Positions 53,824 to 64,000 of a stretch of DNA of 64,000 bases are shown one piece after another. Both the position numbers and the translations under genes were made by a program. Every line of letters starts with the position of its first letter. Within the stretch, counting starts at the first letter, position 1. The stretch is from Eledone cirrhosa (taxonomy: Eukaryota). The DNA lies in contig OZ024753.1 in NCBI GenBank assembly GCA_964016885.1, positions 20,584,001-20,648,000 of the forward strand, given 5' to 3'. The notes below the pieces were generated by a model. That model ran no database searches. It was not told the origin of the DNA and saw only the letters and a list, made by a program, of their open reading frames with translations.

Positions 53824-54732
53824 AAACTTATTGACACGACTCACACACTAATACTCATGCATACAAACCACAACCACACATACCAACACTCATTCATGCA
53901 TACAATCACGCACACCACTCACAAACATATATATATATACATATATTACCGACAGTACTGATACAAAATAAAAATCAAAGTCAAAATCAAAATCAAAATC
54001 AAAATCGTCAAAATCACTATCATGTCAACTGTTGACCTTTCCCAGTCCAGTTCGGCTTGTATATAATAACAATAACAATAATAATTGTTTGTTTACGCTG
54101 GTAATGGCGGTGGTGGATGGTGTCAGTGTGGTGGTGGTGGATGGTATCAGCGTGGTGGTGGTGGATGGTCAGTGATGGTGGTGGCAGTTGTTGGTGCTGT
54201 AGTTGTTATTGTAGTTGTTACTGTTGTTGTTGTCCTTCATTTCACTGCTGCTGTTGCTGCAGACAATGGTGTTGATGCTGTTATTGCTGTCGCATATATA
54301 CAAATACATACACACACATTCAACACAGACGATGGTGTTGTTGCTGTTGTTGTTGTTGTTGTTGGTGTTGCTGCTGTTGTTGTTGTAGTTGTTGCTGTGT
54401 TGAAATCTGGTCGCATCCACTGAGATATACATATACACACACATACACATATGTATATACACATACATACATCAAAAGAGAGTCAGCAGTATGTCAACAG
54501 GGGACAGGACAGCGACCTTAGAGTAATGTGGTGATGGTGGAGAGCGAGTGTAGGCGTTATTGTTAGTGTGGTGACGGGGGGGGGGGGGTCAGTGAGATGT
54601 TACAAGTTCATAGATCACTTCTCTCTTTTCCTCTCTCTTCAAAATTTTGAATTGATGGCCTTTTGCAATGGCGGACAAGTATATATAATATATATATATG
54701 AAGCAAAGAAAAGAAAATTTTCACTGATATGA

Positions 54733-55022
54733 AAGATTTCCTGGTAGAAGTTCAGGTGTATTCAGTAATTGGTATCCAGTTTCGGGGTATCCAATTAGAA
54801 AATCCAACGAATCTTTAAGAGGGGTCCACGCAACCATTGATATATATATCTATATATGTAAAATGCAAGCAGAAATGACAACGAAAGATTTCCTGGTAGA
54901 AGTTCAGGTGTATTCAGTGTTGGTATCCAGTGTTAGGGTATCCAATTAGAAAATCCAACGAATTTTTGAGAGGGGTCCACGCAAGCATATATATAGATAT
55001 ATGCAAAATGCAAGCAGAAATA
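54733..55022. repeat. ~150-bp tandem duplication
   Basis: gaaagatttcctggtagaagttcaggtg starts at 54732 and 54883. Confidence 0.8.
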
Positions 55023-55432
55023 ACAACACATATACTAATGAACATACATTAAACACAGAGGGACTGTAAATGATAATAGCAATATCTAGATATAAATATA
55101 TAAATGTACATATCTCTATTGGTCTCATAAATTTTAAATTTTCTCTTTCCTCTTGTGTGTGTGTAGCAACACGTGGTTGTGTGTTGCTGCTGACTCTAGC
55201 AGAGCCCAAGAAAACACGTCTTGCCCTAACAGCCGCTGCTCCCTATATCTTATATATATATATATATATATCTTATATATATATATATATCTTATATATA
55301 TATATATATATCTTATATATATATATATATCTTATATATATATATATATATATCATATATATATATATATATATATCATATATATATATATATATCATAT
55401 ATATATATATATCATATATATCATATATATCT

Positions 55433-55464
<32 letters not shown>

Positions 55465-55479
55465 ATCTTATATATATAT

Positions 55480-55541
<62 letters not shown>

Positions 55542-55549
55542 AAGATATA

Positions 55550-55585
<36 letters not shown>

Positions 55586-55604
55586 TATATATATATAAGA
55601 TATA

Positions 55605-55654
<50 letters not shown>

Positions 55655-56186
55655 TATATCTTATATATATATATATATATATCTTATATATATATATATA
55701 TATATCTTATATATATATATATATAGCTTATATATATATATATCTTATATATATATATATATATCTTATATATATATATATATATATCTTATATATATAT
55801 ATATATATCTTATATATATATATATATATCTTATATATATATATATATATATATATATCTTATATATATATATATATAAGATATATATATATATATATCT
55901 TATATATATATATATATATAAGATATATATATATATATAAGATATATATATATATATATCTTATATATATATATATATATCTTATATATATATATATATA
56001 TCTTATATATATATATATATATCTTATATATATATATATATATCTTATATATATATATATATATATCTTATATATATATATATATCTTATATATATATAT
56101 ATATCTTATATATATATATCTTATATATATATATATGTATATCTTATATATATATATATTTATCTTATATATATATATATATTTAA

Positions 56187-56221
<35 letters not shown>

Positions 56222-56415
56222 TTTATATATATATATATATATAGATATATATCTTATATATATATATATATATCTTATATATATATATATATATATCTTA
56301 TATATCTTATATATATATATATATCTTATATATCTTATATATATATATTTTATATATATCTTATATATATATATGTCTTATATATCTTATATATATATAT
56401 ATTTTATATATATCT

Positions 56416-56446
<31 letters not shown>

Positions 56447-57032
56447 CTTATATATATATATCTTATATCTATATATATATATCTTATATATATATATATC
56501 TTATATATATATATATATATATCTCATATATATATATATATTTTATATATATATATATATATCTTATATATATATATATATATCTTATATATATATCTCA
56601 TATATATATATATATCTCATATATATATATCTCATATATATATATATATCTTATATATATATATATATCTCATATATATATATCTCATATATATATATAT
56701 ATCTCATATATATATATATCTCATATATATATATATCTCATATATATATATCTCATACATATATATATATCTCATATATATATATATATCTCATATATAT
56801 ATATATATCTTATATATATATATATCTTTAAAAAATTATTCAGCTACAAAAAACACTCCCTTATAATAAACTAATCTTAATATACCGTAAATACAGATAA
56901 TATTGGAAAAGATTTCATCTTGTGTGATAATGTGATGAACCTGTTTTCATTGAAAAAAAAAGCCTACCCTGAATTACATTGTGATTCTAATGATTATATG
57001 ACGTTGTTTCAAAGATTAGATGATTTACATAT

Positions 57033-57195
57033 ATCATCATCATCATCGTTTAACGTCCATATTCCATGCTTGCATGGGTTTGGACGGGAGTTTTACCACT
57101 TGAAGCAAGAGTGGTTGTGTCGCTCGCATAGGACTGTCTGGCGAGTTTTCTACGGCTGGATGCCCTTCCTAACATCAACCACATTTACAGTGTGG
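57033..57195 (-). mobile_element. Non-autonomous RTE-derived (bipartite) fragment
   Basis: Minus strand carries gttaggaagggcatcca (RTE 5' UTR motif) joined to ...ggacgttaaacgatgatgatg tail. Confidence 0.7.
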
Positions 57196-57196
57196 T

Positions 57197-57229
<33 letters not shown>

Positions 57230-57555
57230 GGAGGCACATAGCTTAGTGGTTAGAACATTGGCCTTGCAATCGAAAGGTTGTGAGTTCAATTCTCAGACCG
57301 GGTGATGTGTTGTTTCCTTCAGCAAGACATTGCTCCAGTTTACTCAGCTGTAGAAATGAGATGATAGGCACTTGGGTCCCTATCATTCCACTGCAAAGTG
57401 GTCATGAAGGTGCCACGGCAAAAAAGCACCCAGCACTCACTGTAAATGAGGTTGGTGTTAGGAAGGGCATCCAGTTGTAGAAATCAAGCCTGTATCAGTT
57501 CCCGTCCCACCCTTGCAAGGAAGGAAAAAGCGGACGTAAAATGAAATGATGATGA

Positions 57556-57560
<5 letters not shown>
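57230..57560 (+). mobile_element. tRNA-headed SINE with RTE-derived body and tail
   Basis: A-box TAGCTTAGTGG and B-box GAGTTCAATTC; 57409-57473 matches the RTE 5' UTR; 57501-57558 matches the RTE 3' end. Confidence 0.85.
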
Positions 57561-57631
<71 letters not shown>

Positions 57632-57889
57632 ATTTAAGTTTGGTGGTTCACCACTGGATAGAACTGCTCATTCCGTATAGTCAACCATGATGTAATATTA
57701 GGAAAAGCACTCAACATTATGTAACTCATCCATCTTCGCTGTTGAATCTTGTTGGTGATGCGACAACGGATTTAAATATTATTGAGTAATAACAGGAGGT
57801 CAGACTGGTGAAATTCCTTCAAAGATTTATTATAGCAAGCACTAAGTACATTTCAGTGGTGACATCATCAGGTGTTTATTGCATAGTTA

Positions 57890-58068
57890 TATAATTGTTT
57901 CTACTTTAGGCACAAGGCCAGCAATTACCCAGTGCATTACTGGTACTTTATTTTATCGACCCCGTAAGGATGAAAGGCAAAGTCAACCTCGGCGGGATTT
58001 GAACTCAGATCGTAAAGGGACATAACTATGCTGGAAAGCATGGCGTCCAGCATAGTTATGTCCCTTTA
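57890..58068 (-). mobile_element. SINE S1 with short 5' fold-back
   Basis: Reverse complement of S1; aaagggacataactatgctgga / tccagcatagttatgtcccttt inverted at 58014-58067. Confidence 0.85.
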
Positions 58069-58139
58069 GTTATTGCATAGTTATATAATAAAGGAATAAT
58101 GGTAAACACAATCCTCGACTAAAAAAACAGAAAAATGTT

Positions 58140-59490
58140 TGACTTGAAGGCGATCAGGGCCAGTTGTTGCCAGTTTGGCAACAGTGCGGAATGTCATCAA
58201 TTTCGTCTTGCAGGTTTGTAGGAGGTTTATCTGGGGATTTCTTGAAGGAATTTTCTCAAGACATCTTGAACTTTATGGGGTTTGTTTCCATTTTAATGTG
58301 GTTTAGTGTAATGTTAAAGAGAGCGGGGCCAATTGAGGTGAAATAATTGTGCCGTATTGTTGTTGTGAGGTAAGAGTTTGATTTTTGTCACAGGGCCCAA
58401 GCCTTAAAGGTGATGCCAACATCTTTTGGGCAATGCTGATAGAATATTTTCTACTTCATGCAGATAATTTAACGCTCATGGCAACGTTGAAGAGAATAAA
58501 GTTTGAGCTTTTCTAATCGATTCCAGTAGTCAAAGTCAAGGCCTGACACGCCACCTATCTTTTTTGTTATTGACCTTTGAAGTGCTTCAACTTTCATGAT
58601 ACTTTGTTTCGTGTGGAGAGACCACAGTCGACAGTATTCAAAGTGGGGTTGGGCAAAAGTGGAGAAGAGAAGGATAACTGTGGATATATCTCCACTGAAA
58701 GATTCTGAGAATCCAGGAACACATTCTGCGGGCCATGTCAACTTTGCTGTTTATATGAGTGGCCCAGCTTATGTTGTCCACAATTACTCCCACTGATGTT
58801 GTTGGATGCCACGAGAGTTTCACCTGAAGGAAGAGAGTATGAGGGTTTCAGGGTATCCTATTTTTCCAAAATGGATTAACTCAAATTTATCCTCGTTCAC
58901 CAGCATATTGTTCTTTTCCAGCCATTGGATAACAGCCAGTAGGTCTGACTGAAGGCATGTCCAATCACCCACTTCATTGATGACCTTCTGCAGCTTGGAA
59001 TCATCTGCAAAGATTCTTATGTTTCTGTGCTTGATGATGTCAGTAATGTCATTAATGTAGATGATGAAAAGAAGTGGGCCCAACACAGTGCCTTGCAGAA
59101 CTCCAATGCTGACTTTGGCTGGGCCTGATTTTACTCCTTCGACTACATCATGTTGGGCTCTGTCTGTCAGAAAACACTTGATCCACTGAAATAACTTTCC
59201 AGACACCAATGTTGGATAGTTTTCAATAAAATCTTATGATCAACCCTGTCAAAGCCCTTGCTGAAATCAAGGTAGGTGATATCAGTGTTGGAGCCCTCTT
59301 CCAAAGCTCCCAAAATATCATCAAAGTGATGCAGGAGCTGCGTTAGGCAGTACCTTCCATTACAGAACCCATGTTCTTTGGAGTTCAGCTTTCAAGAAAG
59401 TGGGTTTTTCATGATCTCACCACCCTCTCAAATACCTTGATGATATGAGAGATGAGTGAGATTGGATGGTAGTTCACTGCCATTAAACCC
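58140..59490 (-). mobile_element. CR1-group LINE RT fragment, degenerate
   Basis: NYHPISLISHIIKVFE, YLDFSKGFDRVDH, GVLQGTVLGPLLFIIYINDI, FADDSKL, RLEKLKLYSLQR; several frameshifts. Confidence 0.85.
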
Positions 59491-59496
59491 CTTGGC

Positions 59497-60900
59497 AGAG
59501 AGACTGTCTCCCTGAAATATACCCCTGTGAAAATAGAGTCCTCCTTCTCTGTTTTTAACTTTAGGATAGCCCAAGAAGAAGACAGCTTCTCCACGACTCT
59601 GATAATAATGTCTGGGACTTTAGCAAGTCAGAGGGCCTCTATCATCCAAGAGTGGGAAACAGAATCAAAAGCTTTCCTGTAGTCCAGCCAGACTGTAGCC
59701 ATATTCCTCTTAAGTTGTTGCACCTCTGACATCGTAGTTTTGTTGATTAGAAGTTGTTCAGCACATCCCCAAACCCCTTTCTTTCCAGCTGCTTGTTCAT
59801 CTGTGATGATGTTATTATTTTTAAAGTGATCTTGGAGGAATAGGTTCGGGCAGGCTGTATACATCTTATACATCAGGTTCTGGCATGGAATGGGTCGGTA
59901 CTTCTTGGGGACCAGTATTGTTTTTGCTAATGTCAACCATTCTGGTATAAGTGTATCTCCCTTAAGAACTTGTTGGTAGAGGTTGATAAGATACATTTGA
60001 TAGAATATCAGTTTTTTGTACCAGTAGCCAATAATCAATTCTCTTCCTGGTGTTTTCTTATCTTGGAGTTTTCCTATCACAGTCTCAAGTGTACCCTCAC
60101 TTATGTCGTATGTTTTTGTTGTAGTGTAGGAGCAATAGTTCCTTTGGATTTCTCTTAGCCACACTGCATTTTGGTTGAAATTCTTCTTTTCACCCCATAT
60201 TTTTCTCAAAAAGGAATCTGTCTTTCTGGGATGGGGCCTCAGTGACACTTATTATTTTGCCCTTCATGGAATGATATTTGGTTTCGTCTGAATCTTTTAT
60301 TAAGCACTTTTCTTTCATCTACCTTGTTCAGGTATCGGCATTTCTCGCTGACTGCTCTCAATTCTTGTTTGAGAGTGATCAATGTATATTGAAGAGTTCT
60401 GGTTCTACTGTTCCCAAACATCGTCTCTATTTTATTTTTCACTCTTTGTTGGTGAAGAGTGAAGTTTTTTTGTTTTTGTTTGCATGTAAAGAGCATTATC
60501 ACATATCCTATGGTTTTTCGCAGGTCAGCAATCTTTTTTTCTATTTTAGTTATATATGATGGTATTTTTGGTGGTGTTTTCTTCTTGTTAATATCTCTGC
60601 TATCACCAAGATAAATTATTCACTGTCGTTGCTAAGGCATATAAACAGGCGTTGATTTGCCAAAATGTTGGGGTTTTTATCCGTCGTAAATATTCATCCC
60701 CTATTTCGTCAATAACACGTAATATTTCATTATTTGGTTTTTTATTAAATATTGTTGTTTTAACACGTTCAGCAAGACACATATTTATACATGAGTTAAT
60801 TTCTCTCTGGGAGATTTCGTTGAGGGAAATTTTCAATTGTTTATACTTTTGATTATTATCATTATCGATAGTATTTTCCAGAACAGTCAAGGTAGGCTCA
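59497..60900 (-). mobile_element. R4/Dong-like (RLE-type) non-LTR retrotransposon fragment
   Basis: KTPG...GYWYKK, IPEWLT..KTILVPK, YRPI.C.N.MYK, EQ.AGKKG..GC.EQLLIN, WLDYRKAFDSVSHSW, frameshifted GIFQGDSLS at ~59523-59497. Confidence 0.8.
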
Positions 60901-60988
60901 GATGGTACACGTGGTGTCAAATTTCTTCGATTATTATTATTATCGATAGTGTTTTCCCCAGCATGTGTGTATGTATGTTCATATGTAT

Positions 60989-61031
<43 letters not shown>

Positions 61032-61109
61032 CATACATATGAATATATATATACACACACACACATACATATGAATATATATATATACACACACTCACAT
61101 ATCTATGAA

Positions 61110-61140
<31 letters not shown>

Positions 61141-61147
61141 TTTTTCT

Positions 61148-61192
61148 AAACCCATGCTAGCGTGGAAGATAGACGTTAAACGATGATGATGA
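61148..61192 (+). mobile_element. Isolated RTE-type 3' tail
   Basis: cccatgctagcgtggaagatagacgttaaacgatgatgatga. Confidence 0.6.
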
Positions 61193-61999
61193 GGATTCAT
61201 GTGTGTGTGTGTGTGATTGTAAACACCTGACCATTTTGCAGACTTTAACACATTATGTTAATACAGCCACTTAATGAAAACCCTTTGTTTGCTTAGAATA
61301 AATGAACCTTGAAAATTAGGAGTGCCTGCATTTGTATCACTGTATTTTTCTAAGTATAGTTTTTTCAAAGAATCCTCATTCTTTAAATCCATCGACCAAT
61401 GACCTCCACCTATCCAATCACCACCTTCCCCTACCACCAGAAAATGTATAAATACCACCGTATCACATAGACCAAAGGTTCTCAACCCATTTTGGCCAAA
61501 CGTCCCCTTTTGCCCCTCGAAATCACGAAATGTCCCCTACCCTATTTTTCCATTTTTCAATATACTACTGATTTTGATATCAGTAGATTACTGGGCCAAA
61601 TCAAGTTATATTAGATTCTTTAAAAAAATACTCGTACGAATTAAATACAAAAAATGTTTCAGTCCAAAACAAAAGCAAGCTATTTCAAATTATATATTTT
61701 TGAAATAAAAAAAAATCTCAGTCGAAAAGCTTTTTTTTTTTTAAATTCTATAATTCCATATTTCACTGTTAGCTGTTGTAATATTTTGAGTGGATAGACA
61801 ATTGAAACTGCAAAGTCAAAATACAAAAGATGCAAAATATAAAGAATTTCTTACCTTTCTCTGAAATCACAAACTCAGTGGGGAAATAGTACCTTGCAAA
61901 ATAATATACCTCGTAGCAAAATAAGTAGTAAGGAATGAATTGAGAAGCTTGGTGACCGAGAAAGCAATATTTTTATCCCTTATATATAAACATAGATAG

Positions 62000-62030
<31 letters not shown>

Positions 62031-62227
62031 CATACACACACACAAACTTGTGTGTGTGTGTGCCTTGGTACAGAAAGAATTTTGTCTACAGTTTTTTATT
62101 GCCAGGTCAAAGGCCACAGCTCTTTTCTCCAACGCCAAATAACAACGCTCCACACACACACACACACACACATATAAATGAAGAGAGAAAGAGGGAGGGA
62201 CAGAGAGAGTAAGAAATGTGTGTGTGT

Positions 62228-63190
62228 TTGGTACACGTCGGGCAGGGACCCTGCAAAAAAGATCTGTCCGAGGTGCGTGCGAGACGAAGAAACCGTCGCG
62301 CACGCATTAATACACTGCCCGGGCGTCACTGACCTGTGGGGCTATGTAGAACGACTATTGTCGCGGGTGGGACCAATCCAGTTGACCACCGAGTCCATTG
62401 TCATGATCAAACCGCCACCCTCCTTCAAAAACGAAGGAGAGGCGGTTTTCCTTTGTGTGATAGCTATGGCGAAAGAGGTTGTATGGTGGACAAGGTTGAA
62501 AGGGCTGAGGTCAGACACCTTTCTCTCCGGCCAACAACTGATTCTTTTTTTCAAATACCACTTTGGAAGAAGAATCAGGATGGAGAGAGAGGTGCTGTAC
62601 CCCAGCAAGTTTTATGAAAGGTGGGTGAAAGTGGCGAGAATGGCCCGAGTGAATGGGCCTTCTCTCTATATCAGCCTGTAGGTTGAGGAAAAGGAGGAGG
62701 AGAGGAAGGGAGTACAAGCTCTTCGTACTCCTGGAGATGAGGGTTGCACATTTTTTTCGGGGGTATGTGTTACCCATATAAACTGTCTCCCTCTATTGGG
62801 GAAAATCGACTAACTTTTTAAATTCCATCTGTGATATCATTTTACACGTTTTTATTGTATGTAAACTTCCCCGTTTGTATTTGTCCCCTTCTTTTGTGCC
62901 CCTGTGGCTAATAAAGAAATATATCTATCTGTAGGTTGAGGAAAAGGAGGAGGAGAGGAAGGGAGTACAAGCTCTTCGTACTCCTGGAGATGAGGGTTGC
63001 ACATTTTTTTTTCGGGGGTATGTGTTACCCATATAAACTGTCTCCCTCTATTGGGGAAAATCGACTAACTTTTTAAATTCCATTTGTGATAACATTTTAC
63101 ACGTTTTTATTGTATGTAAACTTCCCCCTTTGTATTTGTCCCCTTCTTTTGTGCCCCTGTGGCTAATAAAGAAATATATCTATCTATCTA
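62228..63190 (+). mobile_element. L1/Tx1-like LINE 3' fragment (CCHC zinc knuckle, stop at 62681) with duplicated 3' UTR
   Basis: CPRCVRDEETVAHALIHCP...LW, AKEVVWWTR; AATAAA plus (TATC)n tail occurs twice; 253-bp direct repeat at 62676 and 62929. Confidence 0.8.
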
Positions 63191-63201
63191 TTTATCTCCA
63201 A

Positions 63202-63250
63202 CAGGGGGCTCACACATGCGGCCCGCGAACTACTTATCTGTGGCCCGTGG
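63202..63250. mobile_element. Possible hAT/Charlie-like DNA transposon end
   Basis: cagggggctcacacatgcggcccgcg...tgtggcccg resembles hAT MITE termini; partner TIR not found. Confidence 0.35.
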
Positions 63251-63291
63251 TAGAACCAATATTTCATATCGCATTATAACTGGTGAAAATA

Positions 63292-63500
63292 AGGCGGCGA
63301 GCTGGTGGAATCGTTAGCACATCTGGCGAATTGCTTAACGGTACTTCTTCCGTTTTTACGTTCAGAGTTCAAATTCCGCCGATCTCAACTTTGCCTTACA
63401 TCCTTTTTGGGTCGATGAATTAAGTACCAGTATCGATGCAATCGACTGAACCCTAAACCCCAAATTTCATGCCTTGTTCCTATAGTAGAAATGATTATAA
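63292..63500 (+). mobile_element. SINE S1-related, full tRNA-like head
   Basis: ggcggcgagctggtggaatcgttagcac...gagttcaaattccgccga...; flanked by the direct repeat attataactggtgaaa (63273 / 63494), a probable TSD. Confidence 0.85.
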
Positions 63501-63662
63501 CTGGTGAAATGTTCACCCACCACCACGTTTGGCCCGCTGTGCCTCTCCTCCAGGACGTAATAGCCCTTTTGTGTCCTTGAGTTTGAGACGCCTCTTCTAC
63601 ACACACACATATATTTTACTTTTTTTCTGGACTACGCCCATGCTGGAGCATCACCTTCGTAA

Positions 63663-63860
63663 GTTATGAGGACGTCAACAAACCAACAAGCATTGGTGGG
63701 AGGGCAAACAAACGCAAAGACACACACAGACATATATACATATATACGACGGGCTTCTTTTAGTTTCGATCTATCAAATCCACTCACAGGGCTTTGGTCG
63801 GCTCGGGCAGTGGGACTGAACCCGAAAATATGTGGTTGGGAAACAAGCTTCTTGTCACAC

Positions 63861-63863
<3 letters not shown>
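63663..63863 (-). mobile_element. Second tRNA-derived SINE family (S2)
   Basis: Minus strand reads gcagtgtgacaagaagcttg...gggttcagtcccactgc...ccgaccaaagccctgtgagtggatttg...aagaagcccgtcg. Confidence 0.7.
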
Positions 63864-63892
<29 letters not shown>

Positions 63893-63896
<4 letters not shown>

Positions 63897-64000
63897 ATGA
63901 TGCCTGCATACGAACAGCAATGTTGCATGGCAGTGAGACCTGGGCATTGTGTGCAGAGGATATACGCAAACTAGAGAGGAACGAAGCTTGCATGCTCCGC
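63893..64000 (+). mobile_element. 5'-truncated relative of the intact RTE (runs off window)
   Basis: LYDACIRTAMLHGSETWALCAEDIRKLERNEACMLR versus LYDACVRSAMLHGSETWAATVEDMRRLERNEASMLR; starts at a (TA)n tract. Confidence 0.9.

Noticed and set aside
54085-54468. Gly/Val-rich and Asn/Thr-rich ORFs
   Set aside because: Derived from (GGT)n/(GTT)n trinucleotide repeats
57230-57300. tRNA gene
   Set aside because: A/B boxes are present but the acceptor stem is not formed and it continues into a SINE body

Overview
AT-rich eukaryotic (animal) genomic DNA. The SINE families and RTE LINE suggest an octopus or other cephalopod, but that is an inference. Roughly half the window is compound (TA)n/(CA)n microsatellite, which produces nearly all the long YIYIY/HTHT 'ORFs'; these are spurious. 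No host gene is confidently identifiable. Almost all unique-looking sequence is mobile DNA inserted into or beside TA tracts. This includes one apparently intact RTE-clade LINE (APE + RT + PHD finger, 50.5-53.8 kb), RTE, CR1, R4/Dong and L1/Tx1 fragments, several tRNA-derived SINEs (one bipartite and matching the intact RTE) and a hAT-like MITE. There are also four Penelope-like element (PLE) coding fragments. The main unexplained signal is a high density of type I hammerhead ribozyme (HHR) motifs. I count 16 with intact CUGANGA...GAAA...UH cores and paired stems, plus about 7 degenerate or atypical ones, from at least 8 distinct repeat families. They sit in tandem or fold-back non-coding repeats (PLE pseudo-LTR or retrozyme-like), and some have atypical architecture. 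A 200-N assembly gap lies at 35390-35589.
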